Of a stretch of DNA of 64,000 bases, positions 10,039 through 17,664 are shown piece after piece (the first letter of the stretch is position 1; each line of letters opens with the position of its first letter). The notes beneath the pieces were generated by a model that saw only the letters and a program-made list of their open reading frames with translations, was not told where the DNA came from and did not search any database. The stretch comes from Pseudomonadota bacterium (lineage in GTDB: Bacteria > Pseudomonadota > Gammaproteobacteria > Ga0077536): contig JAYYOR010000011.1 of NCBI GenBank assembly GCA_036130055.1, positions 11,733 through 75,732 of the forward strand, read 5' to 3'. The translations under genes were made by a program, and so were the position numbers.

Positions 10039-10607
10039 TTATGTTTTTTTACCTAACAACATGAATTTAACGTTTTTGCTGTTAGATTTTTTTAATATTA
10101 ACCAATCATCCGAAACCTTCGTTCCCTGCTCCGCCTCAACATATACCATCGCATTTTTTTTAAGCGTACTGTTTGTCATGATTTTAAGTGTCCTAGTCAG
10201 CAAAGTTGTACCAAAAGGAGGATCTAGGAAGACTATATCGAATAATTCATCGTTATTCATCAAGAAATTTATTGCGTCACTGTTTTTCACTTCTGCGTTG
10301 ACACAAGAGAATTGATCCTTTTTTTTTTTATTTGATTACTAATTGAAAGATTGTTCTCCACGAAAACGCAACGTTTTGCGCCTCTAGAAATACATTCAAA
10401 GCCTAAAGCACCAGTTCCAGCAAATAAGTCCAAACAGTTTTTATTCAAAATTACCGTTTGAAGCCAATTAAATAAGGTTTCTCTTGTTCTTGAACTGGTA
10501 GGACGCAAACCATCCCGGCTCTTTACCTCAAGCTTTCTTCCCTTAAGATAGCCCCCTATAATATTAATTTTTTTATCTTTCATTATTTCCAAAGGCGTTC
10601 TTTTCAC
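10039..10607 (-). pseudogene. rsmD: 16S rRNA (guanine966-N2)-methyltransferase RsmD, split by a frameshift inside an A11 run
   Basis: Two abutting minus-strand ORFs. The N-terminal part (10287-10607) carries DLFAGTGALGFE. The C-terminal part (10039-10290) carries VFLDPPF. The two frames overlap only across the T11 run at 10319-10329 (A11 on the coding strand). One extra A would give a continuous protein of about 190 aa reading ...NQIKKKKDQFSCVNAEVKNSDAINFL.... The true start is perhaps ATG 10583 (MKDKKINIIGG). Confidence 0.8.
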
Positions 10608-11910
10608 TACCTACAAGCACAATAGAAAAATTCTGTTGAAATCTTCTTTGAAAACAGTCCTTCACGTCTACAATCGAAACAGATTTGACTTTGGCCGTAA
10701 ATGTTTGTAAATAATTTAGCGGAAGGTTGTAAAAACCCATCATGGAAATATAGCCAATCATTTTATCATTGCTGTCGATTCTGTTTATAAAACCGCTTAT
10801 CAAATTTTTTTTAGCTAGCTCAAATTGTTCTTTAGAAGGACCGTTAGAAACAAAATCATTAAGTACCCTCAAAGATTCCCTTAACGCAGTATATTGTTTA
10901 TCTCCGTTTGTTTGCAAACCTAAAATGAAAGGCCCTTTTATTTCGGTTGGTATAAAGTAGCTATAAACCGAATATGAAAGACCTCGCTTGGTTCTTATCT
11001 CGTCGAACAACAAAGACACCAAAGAACTTCCACCCAAAATATGATTACCCACTATCATTGGAAAGTAGTCTTCATCACTTCGACTAATACCTAAAGTGCC
11101 AATTCTTATATGGGTTTGCCTTGAATTTGTTTCTATATAAGATTCTGAAGATTTAAAATTGGAAAATTCGGGTATCTTGGTCGCCCTCTCACCCCGTGAT
11201 AACGAAGAAGATATTCTATTTGCCACATCTTTAGCTTCTGACTTCTTAAGGGAACCAACTATAGCAATCGTCATATTATTAGCAACATAGTACTTCGAAT
11301 GAAATTCTCTTAAGTGAGAAGAAGAGATAGTAGGAACAGTGGATTTTGTGCCGCCAGGATAATTAGAGTAAGGGTGATCCTCATAAATTTTTGACCAAAT
11401 AGCTTCTTGCGCTATCTCATTAGGCGATTCGTCCCTTAAAGATAGTTCAAACAGCATTTCTTCTATCATTTTGTCTAGCTCAGACCCATCATAGTTAGGT
11501 GAACTTACTGCGTCAACCAATAACTCGACAGCGGTATTGAAATAATTTTTTTCAGCTAGTGTGCGTAGATTTATAAATGCCATCTCCCTGAGAGATCCGG
11601 CATATAATCTTGCACCAGTTTCCGAGAGCCTATCTTTAAACTCTTTGGCATTAGAGCCTCCGGAACCCTCCAAAAGAAGTTTGTTTGCCATTCGGGATAA
11701 GCCAAATCTTTCTCCGTCTCTTACACTTCCAGCAGCAAAAACTAACCTGATGTCTACCATAGGAATTTCTGGCGCATGGTAAAACATTACACGAGAGCCA
11801 TTGCTCGTCTCCCAGGATTCTATTTCTAGCGCATTAGCCTGGAGGACAAAGAGCCAAAATAACGGCAAGCTGAAAAAAGTAAAAAATTCAATTAATTTTT
11901 TTATTTTCAT
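10573..11910 (-). CDS. M16-family peptidase-like protein, non-catalytic partner (no HxxEH)
   Basis: 445 aa. Signal peptide and insulinase-like fold. The zinc-motif position reads GLSRMANKLLLEG with no His-x-x-Glu-His. Confidence 0.75.
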   Translation of the reverse strand: MKIKKLIEFFTFFSLPLFWLFVLQANALEIESWETSNGSRVMFYHAPEIPMVDIRLVFAAGSVRDGERFGLSRMANKLLLEGSGGSNAKEFKDRLSETGARLYAGSLREMAFINLRTLAEKNYFNTAVELLVDAVSSPNYDGSELDKMIEEMLFELSLRDESPNEIAQEAIWSKIYEDHPYSNYPGGTKSTVPTISSSHLREFHSKYYVANNMTIAIVGSLKKSEAKDVANRISSSLSRGERATKIPEFSNFKSSESYIETNSRQTHIRIGTLGISRSDEDYFPMIVGNHILGGSSLVSLLFDEIRTKRGLSYSVYSYFIPTEIKGPFILGLQTNGDKQYTALRESLRVLNDFVSNGPSKEQFELAKKNLISGFINRIDSNDKMIGYISMMGFYNLPLNYLQTFTAKVKSVSIVDVKDCFQRRFQQNFSIVLVGSEKNAFGNNER

Positions 11911-11914
11911 AATA

Positions 11915-13291
11915 TCAAATTTTTGGCTTAAGCATTACGGTAGTCAGGAAATCATCTCCGAGATATTTATTTGCTACGTAAGTCACGTTATCGGGCGTTA
12001 TATTATTTATTTTTTTAAAATACTGATCATTTAAACGCCAATCTAATCCGACCGCATCTAAGCTTCCCAAAATAATTCCTTGATAAGCAACAGAATCTTT
12101 TTGAAAAACAGAATTAGCCAGGGTTTGAGCAATTACCTTCTTTAATTCCATCTCAGTGGGTGGAGTTTTCTTTATTCGTTCTATTTCGTCAATCAAACCG
12201 TTTTTTAGATTGCCAAGATCAATTCCCGCCTTCGGTGTTGCAGATATAGTAAACAGGCTAGGTATTAATCTTGTCATTGAATATGAGGCTGACGCTGCAG
12301 TCGCTAGGTTTCTTCCCCTTATGATGTTAGATTCTAAACGAGCACCCTGATAACCATCGAGAATCGAGGCCAGCACATCTAGGGCATAGGGCTCCCATTC
12401 ATAAATCGTTTTTTCCGCTTTTTGCTGTAAAATACCAGGAACCATATATCCCATGATTAGAAAAGGGGTCGTCGCTTTTTCAGACTCAATTGTTAAGTCT
12501 CTTCGTGGGGGCCTATTGTTAATATTAATTTCTGGAATAAATTCAATATTCTCCTTTCTCGCAGGTATTTTTTCAAAATGTTTTTTAACTAACTTAAAGG
12601 CAACCTCCGGGTCGATGTCGCCTACTATTACGATGGTAGCGTTACTAGGATGGTAATATTTTACGTACCATTTTTTTAGGTCAGAAATTGATATTGAGGA
12701 AATGTCCTCTATAGAACCGATTATTGGGTTCCCATAAGGGGTTCCTGAATAAGCTAATAGATTCAACTGTTCAAAGGCCATTCCTTTTGGATCATCGTCC
12801 ACCCTTAAAGTCCTTTCTTCCAATACGACTTGCCTTTCCTTTTCCACCGAATCGTTGGAAAAAAGCAAATTTTTCATTCTCTCCGCTTCAAGTCGAAGAC
12901 TCGTATCAAGATTTTCATTTCCCCACTTTTGGTAATAGCCTGTATAATCGTATGAAGTGAAAGCATTTTCTTGCCCACCGCCAATAGCGACAGTTTTTGA
13001 AAACTCTCCATCTTTTAAATTTTTTGTTGCCTTGAACATCAAATGTTCCAGAAAATGTGATATACCTGTTTGTCCGACCCTTTCATGGATTGATCCAACT
13101 TTGTACCAAATTTGATTTATTATTACGGGGCTACGCCTGTCAGGTTGCACTATTAGTTTTAACCCGTTCTCAAGTTTATATTCTCTCGCGGTATCAGTAG
13201 TAGAGTTGCCACACCCGGAAATTAAAAAAGACAACCCAGCAATCAATATTAAGCCAACCAATACATCTTTAGTAAATTTCAAATTCTTCAT
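11915..13291 (-). CDS. M16-family zinc peptidase (catalytic subunit), lipoprotein-type signal
   Basis: 458 aa. Lipobox-like LISGCGNS, inverted zinc motif HFLEH within GISHFLEHLMFK, downstream ENAFTSYDYTGY. Confidence 0.85.
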   Translation of the reverse strand: MKNLKFTKDVLVGLILIAGLSFLISGCGNSTTDTAREYKLENGLKLIVQPDRRSPVIINQIWYKVGSIHERVGQTGISHFLEHLMFKATKNLKDGEFSKTVAIGGGQENAFTSYDYTGYYQKWGNENLDTSLRLEAERMKNLLFSNDSVEKERQVVLEERTLRVDDDPKGMAFEQLNLLAYSGTPYGNPIIGSIEDISSISISDLKKWYVKYYHPSNATIVIVGDIDPEVAFKLVKKHFEKIPARKENIEFIPEININNRPPRRDLTIESEKATTPFLIMGYMVPGILQQKAEKTIYEWEPYALDVLASILDGYQGARLESNIIRGRNLATAASASYSMTRLIPSLFTISATPKAGIDLGNLKNGLIDEIERIKKTPPTEMELKKVIAQTLANSVFQKDSVAYQGIILGSLDAVGLDWRLNDQYFKKINNITPDNVTYVANKYLGDDFLTTVMLKPKI

Positions 13292-13377
13292 AAATCACTT
13301 TAATATAATTTTGTTAAGACAAATAATACCAAAAATATTAAAATTTAAATAATATACGAAACTGTAGTGAACATAGG

Positions 13378-14223
13378 ATGATAAAAAATTTAATTAGTTT
13401 CTTTAAAAAACAAGGGCCAATAGATTCTTCTGTTATCACGGATTTAGTCAGAATATTAATTAAAAATGATGTTGGGCCAAAAACCAGCCGTCTAATTGTT
13501 GAAAATCTCTCAAATTGCAAAGACAACCCTTTAGAGTGTTTGAAACAGAATATAATTAACATCCTCCAGCCAATGGAAAAAAAATTAACATTATCAAAAG
13601 AAGGAATTCAAACAATCATGATGGTAGGGGCGAATGGTGTTGGCAAGACTTCTACCACCGCTAAATTAGCAGCATTATTAAAGAAGGACAATCGCATAAC
13701 AATAGTTGGCGCTGATTCTTTTAGAGCTGCTGCCAGGGAGCAACTTATTCTTTTACTTAAGCCTCTCGGGATTAAAGTCTCAACATCTTTCAAACACAAC
13801 GATCCTTCAGCCATAGTATATGATGCCTTACAGGAGGCAAAAGATGAGCTTACAGATTTAATTATAGTCGATACAGCAGGCAGACTACACACGCAAAAAG
13901 ATCTGATGGCTGAACTTGTAAAAATTAAAAACACTATCCAAAAGCTTTCTGATAACAGGCCACCTGTCATTTTGTTAGTCCTCGATGGGACTTCTGGTCG
14001 AAACGGAATAAAACAAGTAATTAAATTTAATGAAGCTCTTAATATTGATGGGCTTATAATAACAAAATTAGATGGTTCAACAAAAGCCGGATTTATCCTA
14101 GAGACGGTTTGTTCTACAAAAAAAACTATAAACTTTATTTGCAACGGGGAAAATATTAGCGACATAAAAAATTTCGATTCGAAGGCCTTTGCCGAGCAAT
14201 TCATCAGAAGCGAGATAATATGA
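13378..14223 (+). CDS. ftsY: signal recognition particle receptor FtsY (NG-domain only, no acidic A domain)
   Basis: 281 aa. G1 GANGVGKTSTTAKLA, G3 DTAGR, G4 TKLDG. Amphipathic N-terminus MIKNLISFFKK. The stop overlaps the ftsE ATG (ATGA). Confidence 0.9.
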   Translation: MIKNLISFFKKQGPIDSSVITDLVRILIKNDVGPKTSRLIVENLSNCKDNPLECLKQNIINILQPMEKKLTLSKEGIQTIMMVGANGVGKTSTTAKLAALLKKDNRITIVGADSFRAAAREQLILLLKPLGIKVSTSFKHNDPSAIVYDALQEAKDELTDLIIVDTAGRLHTQKDLMAELVKIKNTIQKLSDNRPPVILLVLDGTSGRNGIKQVIKFNEALNIDGLIITKLDGSTKAGFILETVCSTKKTINFICNGENISDIKNFDSKAFAEQFIRSEII

Positions 14224-14879
14224 GGATCGAATTTGTAAAATGTCATGCGAAGGATGCGCTAGGATATACTACCTTGAGCGATATTAATCTAACACTTCGA
14301 TCAGGGTCCTTAAACATAATCTCGGGGGATGATAAATCGGGAAGAGATTATCTGCTATATTTAGTCTATGGAATAGTTAAATGTTCGGAAGGTTCAATTT
14401 TCATTGATGAACGATCCTTAACGAAATTCAATAATAAAGAACTCAAAGCGCACCAAGAAAACATCCTATTCCTAGCAAAAAACCCAGAACTCTTAAAACG
14501 CTTAAATGTTTTTCAAAACATAGCCTTACCGCTGAGAATAAGGGGACTACAGAGCTCTGAAATTAATAAGAGAGTGGGAAATGCTTTAAAGCTACTTGAA
14601 ATACGGCATCTTGAGTACGCAAGCCCAAGAAATTTGTCCGCCGGAATCTTACAGAAAATTTGCATAGCGAGATGCGTTGCTTTAAAGCCAAAAGCAATTT
14701 TAGCTAATGATCTTTTTTTTCATTTGAATCCAAAAGAAAGAGATGCAACAAGTGAGCTGTTATTGACGTTGAGTGAGGGCGGCACTACTATTGTGATCGC
14801 TACGGACATTACAAGGATATTTAGAATAGAAAATGCAAGGTACCTAACATTATGGCGGGGAGAGCTGTCCTCAGACTAA
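14220..14879 (+). CDS. ftsE: FtsE-like ABC protein with degenerate ATPase motifs
   Basis: 219 aa in the ftsY-ftsE-ftsX-rpoH position, with ABC-fold colinearity. Walker A reads GDDKSGRD, the signature reads LSAGI, Walker B reads ILANDL and the H-loop reads IATDI. Confidence 0.8.
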   Translation: MRIEFVKCHAKDALGYTTLSDINLTLRSGSLNIISGDDKSGRDYLLYLVYGIVKCSEGSIFIDERSLTKFNNKELKAHQENILFLAKNPELLKRLNVFQNIALPLRIRGLQSSEINKRVGNALKLLEIRHLEYASPRNLSAGILQKICIARCVALKPKAILANDLFFHLNPKERDATSELLLTLSEGGTTIVIATDITRIFRIENARYLTLWRGELSSD

Positions 14880-14894
14880 GGATGTGTTTTAGCT

Positions 14895-15683
14895 ATGCGG
14901 GGAAATGTTTTAAAATATTTAAAAGTACGCCAGCTCATAATCGAAACGTCTTTTTACTTACTTAAAAAGCGAAAGTTAGGAAATTTTATATCCATTTCAA
15001 CAGTTTTTTGCATTATTATAGCCCCTTCCACCCTAGTTTTGATTTCAAGCGGATTTAAGGAATACATTGTCTCTGAGACTCGACCATATAGTTACCTGAT
15101 CTTAAAACAAGGAACCACGCAATATGAAATAGCGGAATTTATCGAACATTTAAAGTATTTAAAAAATATAGAGTCAAAGATCATTACACCCAAAGAAACA
15201 AAAGAACGATTTTATCAATCTATAGGGCTCGAGAGCCTCGAGAGTGCCGTTGAATTCCCTTATTCAGTCGAAATTGTCTACTCGAAAAAAACAGAACTGG
15301 CGAAATTTAAAAAAGACCATGACTTTGTGAAGAGGCATAAGCTAGTTCAGAGCTCAGAGTCAAACGAACAATTTATTTTAACAGCAAGGTTACTTGAAAA
15401 AAGCTTGTTTGGATTTTTGTACATTACCTGTGTGATAACGATAATTTTTTGCTTTCTAGTTTCGTACGTTTCGTCAAAAAGCATGCTCCTATTATACAAC
15501 GATGAAATTAAAGGACTCATGCTCTGCGGGCTAGGCAAAAATTTTGTTAGGCAACCCATTATATTTTGCGGCTTACTAAACGGTGCTATTTTGGCGACGT
15601 TTTTGTACACGACGGCTATCATTCTCACGGAAAAATCGAGCGAATTGATTCTAGAGTATATAAGCTTTTATAAGTTTAATTGA
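14895..15683 (+). CDS. ftsX: cell division permease FtsX, terminated early by an in-frame TGA (see continuation 15684-15803)
   Basis: 262 aa. TM1 (ISTVFCIIIAPSTLVLISSGF), an extracytoplasmic loop of about 110 aa, TM2, the conserved cytoplasmic DEIKGLMLCGLGKNFVRQP loop, then TM3. The fourth TM helix expected for FtsX lies beyond the stop. Confidence 0.8.
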   Translation: MRGNVLKYLKVRQLIIETSFYLLKKRKLGNFISISTVFCIIIAPSTLVLISSGFKEYIVSETRPYSYLILKQGTTQYEIAEFIEHLKYLKNIESKIITPKETKERFYQSIGLESLESAVEFPYSVEIVYSKKTELAKFKKDHDFVKRHKLVQSSESNEQFILTARLLEKSLFGFLYITCVITIIFCFLVSYVSSKSMLLLYNDEIKGLMLCGLGKNFVRQPIIFCGLLNGAILATFLYTTAIILTEKSSELILEYISFYKFN

Positions 15684-15803
15684 AATGGTTTAGAGAGTTA
15701 TGTTAATGAATTATTATCATTAATTACTCTAACACTTTGTTCATATACGCTTGGCGCAATAGCCGCCGCACGTCAAATTAAAATCGAAGTATTGATAGAA
15801 TGA
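15684..15803 (+). other. in-frame continuation of ftsX encoding the missing C-terminal TM helix
   Basis: The same frame as ftsX after TGA 15681-15683 reads NGLESYVNELLSLITLTLCSYTLGAIAAARQIKIEVLIE, then TGA 15801-15803. This is a hydrophobic helix followed by a basic tail. Confidence 0.65.
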
Positions 15804-15833
15804 TCTAAAAACATTCATTTTACGAAAAAATAG

Positions 15834-15886
15834 TAGCACTCTTTCAATTAGAGTGCTAATATTAGCACTCATTAGTTGGAGTGCCA
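15834..15886 (+). promoter_or_regulatory. four-segment alternative-hairpin element / 20-bp perfect palindrome in the rpoH leader
   Basis: The four segments are TAGCACTC (15834-41), GAGTGCTA (15851-58), TAGCACTC (15863-70) and GAGTGCCA (15879-86). Pairings 1:2, 2:3 and 3:4 are all possible. 15851-15870 (GAGTGCTAATATTAGCACTC) is a perfect palindrome. Segment 4 overlaps a GGAG (15878-81) upstream of ATG 15893. Confidence 0.4.
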
Positions 15887-15892
15887 AGTCTA

Positions 15893-16762
15893 ATGGTAAA
15901 AGGAAATATAGTGAATAACAATACAGTTAACATGCCATCTCTTTCAGTGGGATGCCTAGAATCTTACTATAGATTTATAAATAGGATTCCAATTCTATCG
16001 GAAAGGGAAGAAAGAAATCTTGCAATTGATTTTAGAACTAACGGTAATTTAGATTCCGCTAGACAACTTATTGTTAGCCATTTGCGCCTCGTATCAAGCG
16101 TAGCGAGAAAGTATCGAGGCTATGGGCTTCAGGAAAGCGACTTGATACAAGAGGGAAACATAGGGCTTATGAAAGCGGTAAAACGGTTCGACCCCGAAAA
16201 AGGAGTAAGATTGGTTACTTTCGCCATGCATTGGATTAAAGCCGAAATTCATGAGTTCATCTTAAAAAATTGGCGAATTGTAAAAATAGCTACCACGAAA
16301 GCACAAAGAAAGTTATTTTTCAAACTTAGGAGCCTGAGACAATCTGATGCTACCCTAAAAGAAAATGATATAGATTTCATCTCCGAGACATTAGAGGTAA
16401 AAAAGAAAGATGTCATCAAAATGGAGGAAGTATTCAGTGCACCTGATAAATCTGTTGACACTCTCCCTCATACTTCTGAAGAGTCCAAAAAGCCTACACC
16501 ACAACTTACCGATTCGAATGACCCTCTTCTCATTCTGCAAAACTTAGAATTTAATAAATTTAAAAAAGATAAGTTAATTAAGGCACTCTGGAAATTGGAG
16601 AAGAGAGATCGCTACATAATAGTAAAAAGATGGTTATCCAACGAGAAGAATACTTTAAATTCGCTAGGTAATAAATTTAATATTTCTAGTGAGAGAGTTC
16701 GCCAACTTGAAAAATTAGCTTTGGATAAACTGAAAATTTATTTAACTTCTTCTCTTTCTTAA
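15893..16762 (+). CDS. rpoH: RNA polymerase sigma-32 (heat-shock sigma factor RpoH)
   Basis: DLIQEGNIGLMKAVKRFDP, WIKAEIHEFILKNWRIVKIATTKAQRKLFFKLR (RpoH box) and SSERVRQLEK. The start is ambiguous: GTG 15881 (longest ORF), ATG 15893, GTG 15911 (best AGGA spacing) or ATG 15932. Confidence 0.92.
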   Translation: MVKGNIVNNNTVNMPSLSVGCLESYYRFINRIPILSEREERNLAIDFRTNGNLDSARQLIVSHLRLVSSVARKYRGYGLQESDLIQEGNIGLMKAVKRFDPEKGVRLVTFAMHWIKAEIHEFILKNWRIVKIATTKAQRKLFFKLRSLRQSDATLKENDIDFISETLEVKKKDVIKMEEVFSAPDKSVDTLPHTSEESKKPTPQLTDSNDPLLILQNLEFNKFKKDKLIKALWKLEKRDRYIIVKRWLSNEKNTLNSLGNKFNISSERVRQLEKLALDKLKIYLTSSLS

Positions 16763-16767
16763 AGTGT

Positions 16768-17664
16768 TTAGATTATAAATCTGTCTAATAGTAAAAGAAT
16801 AAATAAAGCGGTAAGATAGATAATAGAATATCTGAAAGTTGACATTGCTAATTCATTCGATGGTTTAAATTTTAGCGTGACTACAAGGTATAAAAAATAT
16901 CCATTTAAAGCAACTGCACCAATTAAATAAACCCACCCAGACATACGTACAGCAAAAGGAAGGAGTGATACTCCAAATAATAATATTGTATATAAAAGAA
17001 TTTGCTTAAGTGTGTAATCCACCCCATGAGTGATAGGAAGCATAGGTATATTAGCCTTTTTATATTCATTTCTTCTAGCGATTGCTAGAGCCCAGAAATG
17101 AGGGGGAGTCCAAGCAAAGATAATTAGAAACAAGATTAATGAATTCGGGTCTATGTAACCCGTTATTGCTGTCCAACCTAAGACAGGAGGCGCGGCTCCC
17201 GCGGCTCCTCCTATTACTATATTTTGAGGCGTAGCATGTTTTAAAAAGATAGTGTACACAACCGCATAGCCGACTAGCGAGCAAAATGTCAAAATAGCGG
17301 TTAATGGGTTCACCGACAAAAATAAAATGGCCGAACCAGCTCCGCATAACGAAAACGCAAAAAGTAAGGCAACTCCCTTCGTCAACTCACCTCTCGCTAA
17401 GGGTCTTTGGCTTGTTCGGTCCATCAGAGCGTCAATCCTGTACTCCGCTACGTGGTTGAAGGCAGCCGCTGACGCGGCATTTAAAAAAATGCCAACAGTT
17501 GCGAAAAGGACTGTTGATATTTCTATTAACGAACGAGGGGCCAGAAACATTCCAACAACAGCAGTGAGCACAATCAACAGGACAACTCTAATTTTACATA
17601 ATTCTAGTAAGTCTCTAGCCAAGCCTACTTTATTAATTCCAATCACATTAGCAAACATTTTCAA
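16768..17664 (-). CDS. cyoE: protoheme IX farnesyltransferase (heme O synthase)
   Basis: 298 aa polytopic UbiA-family protein with NHVAEYRIDALMDRTSQRPL, located in the cox assembly cluster. Confidence 0.9.
   Translation of the reverse strand: MKMFANVIGINKVGLARDLLELCKIRVVLLIVLTAVVGMFLAPRSLIEISTVLFATVGIFLNAASAAAFNHVAEYRIDALMDRTSQRPLARGELTKGVALLFAFSLCGAGSAILFLSVNPLTAILTFCSLVGYAVVYTIFLKHATPQNIVIGGAAGAAPPVLGWTAITGYIDPNSLILFLIIFAWTPPHFWALAIARRNEYKKANIPMLPITHGVDYTLKQILLYTILLFGVSLLPFAVRMSGWVYLIGAVALNGYFLYLVVTLKFKPSNELAMSTFRYSIIYLTALFILLLLDRFII

Noticed and set aside
13608-14246. 212-aa minus-strand ORF antisense to ftsY. Similar long antisense ORFs occur at 39874-40371, 45876-46277, 56487-56879, 17327-17719, 59927-60283 and 61968-62321.
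   Set aside because: Each lies entirely within a confidently identified conserved gene on the other strand. They have low-complexity, S/F/I-rich composition and show no recognisable motifs. They are shadow ORFs typical of AT-rich coding DNA.
15681-15683. Possibility that TGA is reassigned genome-wide (code 4/25-like), which would explain the in-frame TGA in ftsX
   Set aside because: TGA clearly terminates mutM (7597-7599, right after the zinc-finger CSHCQT), cutA (45164-45166) and pstA (62494-62496) at their expected C-termini. All other conserved genes are full length under the standard code, so this is a single-site event.
15691-15731. AT-rich hairpin (AGAGT..TTAATGA-N7-TCATTAA..ACTCT) after the called ftsX stop, considered as a terminator
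   Set aside because: It lies inside the in-frame FtsX TM4 continuation, has an all-AT core stem and has no U-tract. It is more likely coincidental coding sequence.
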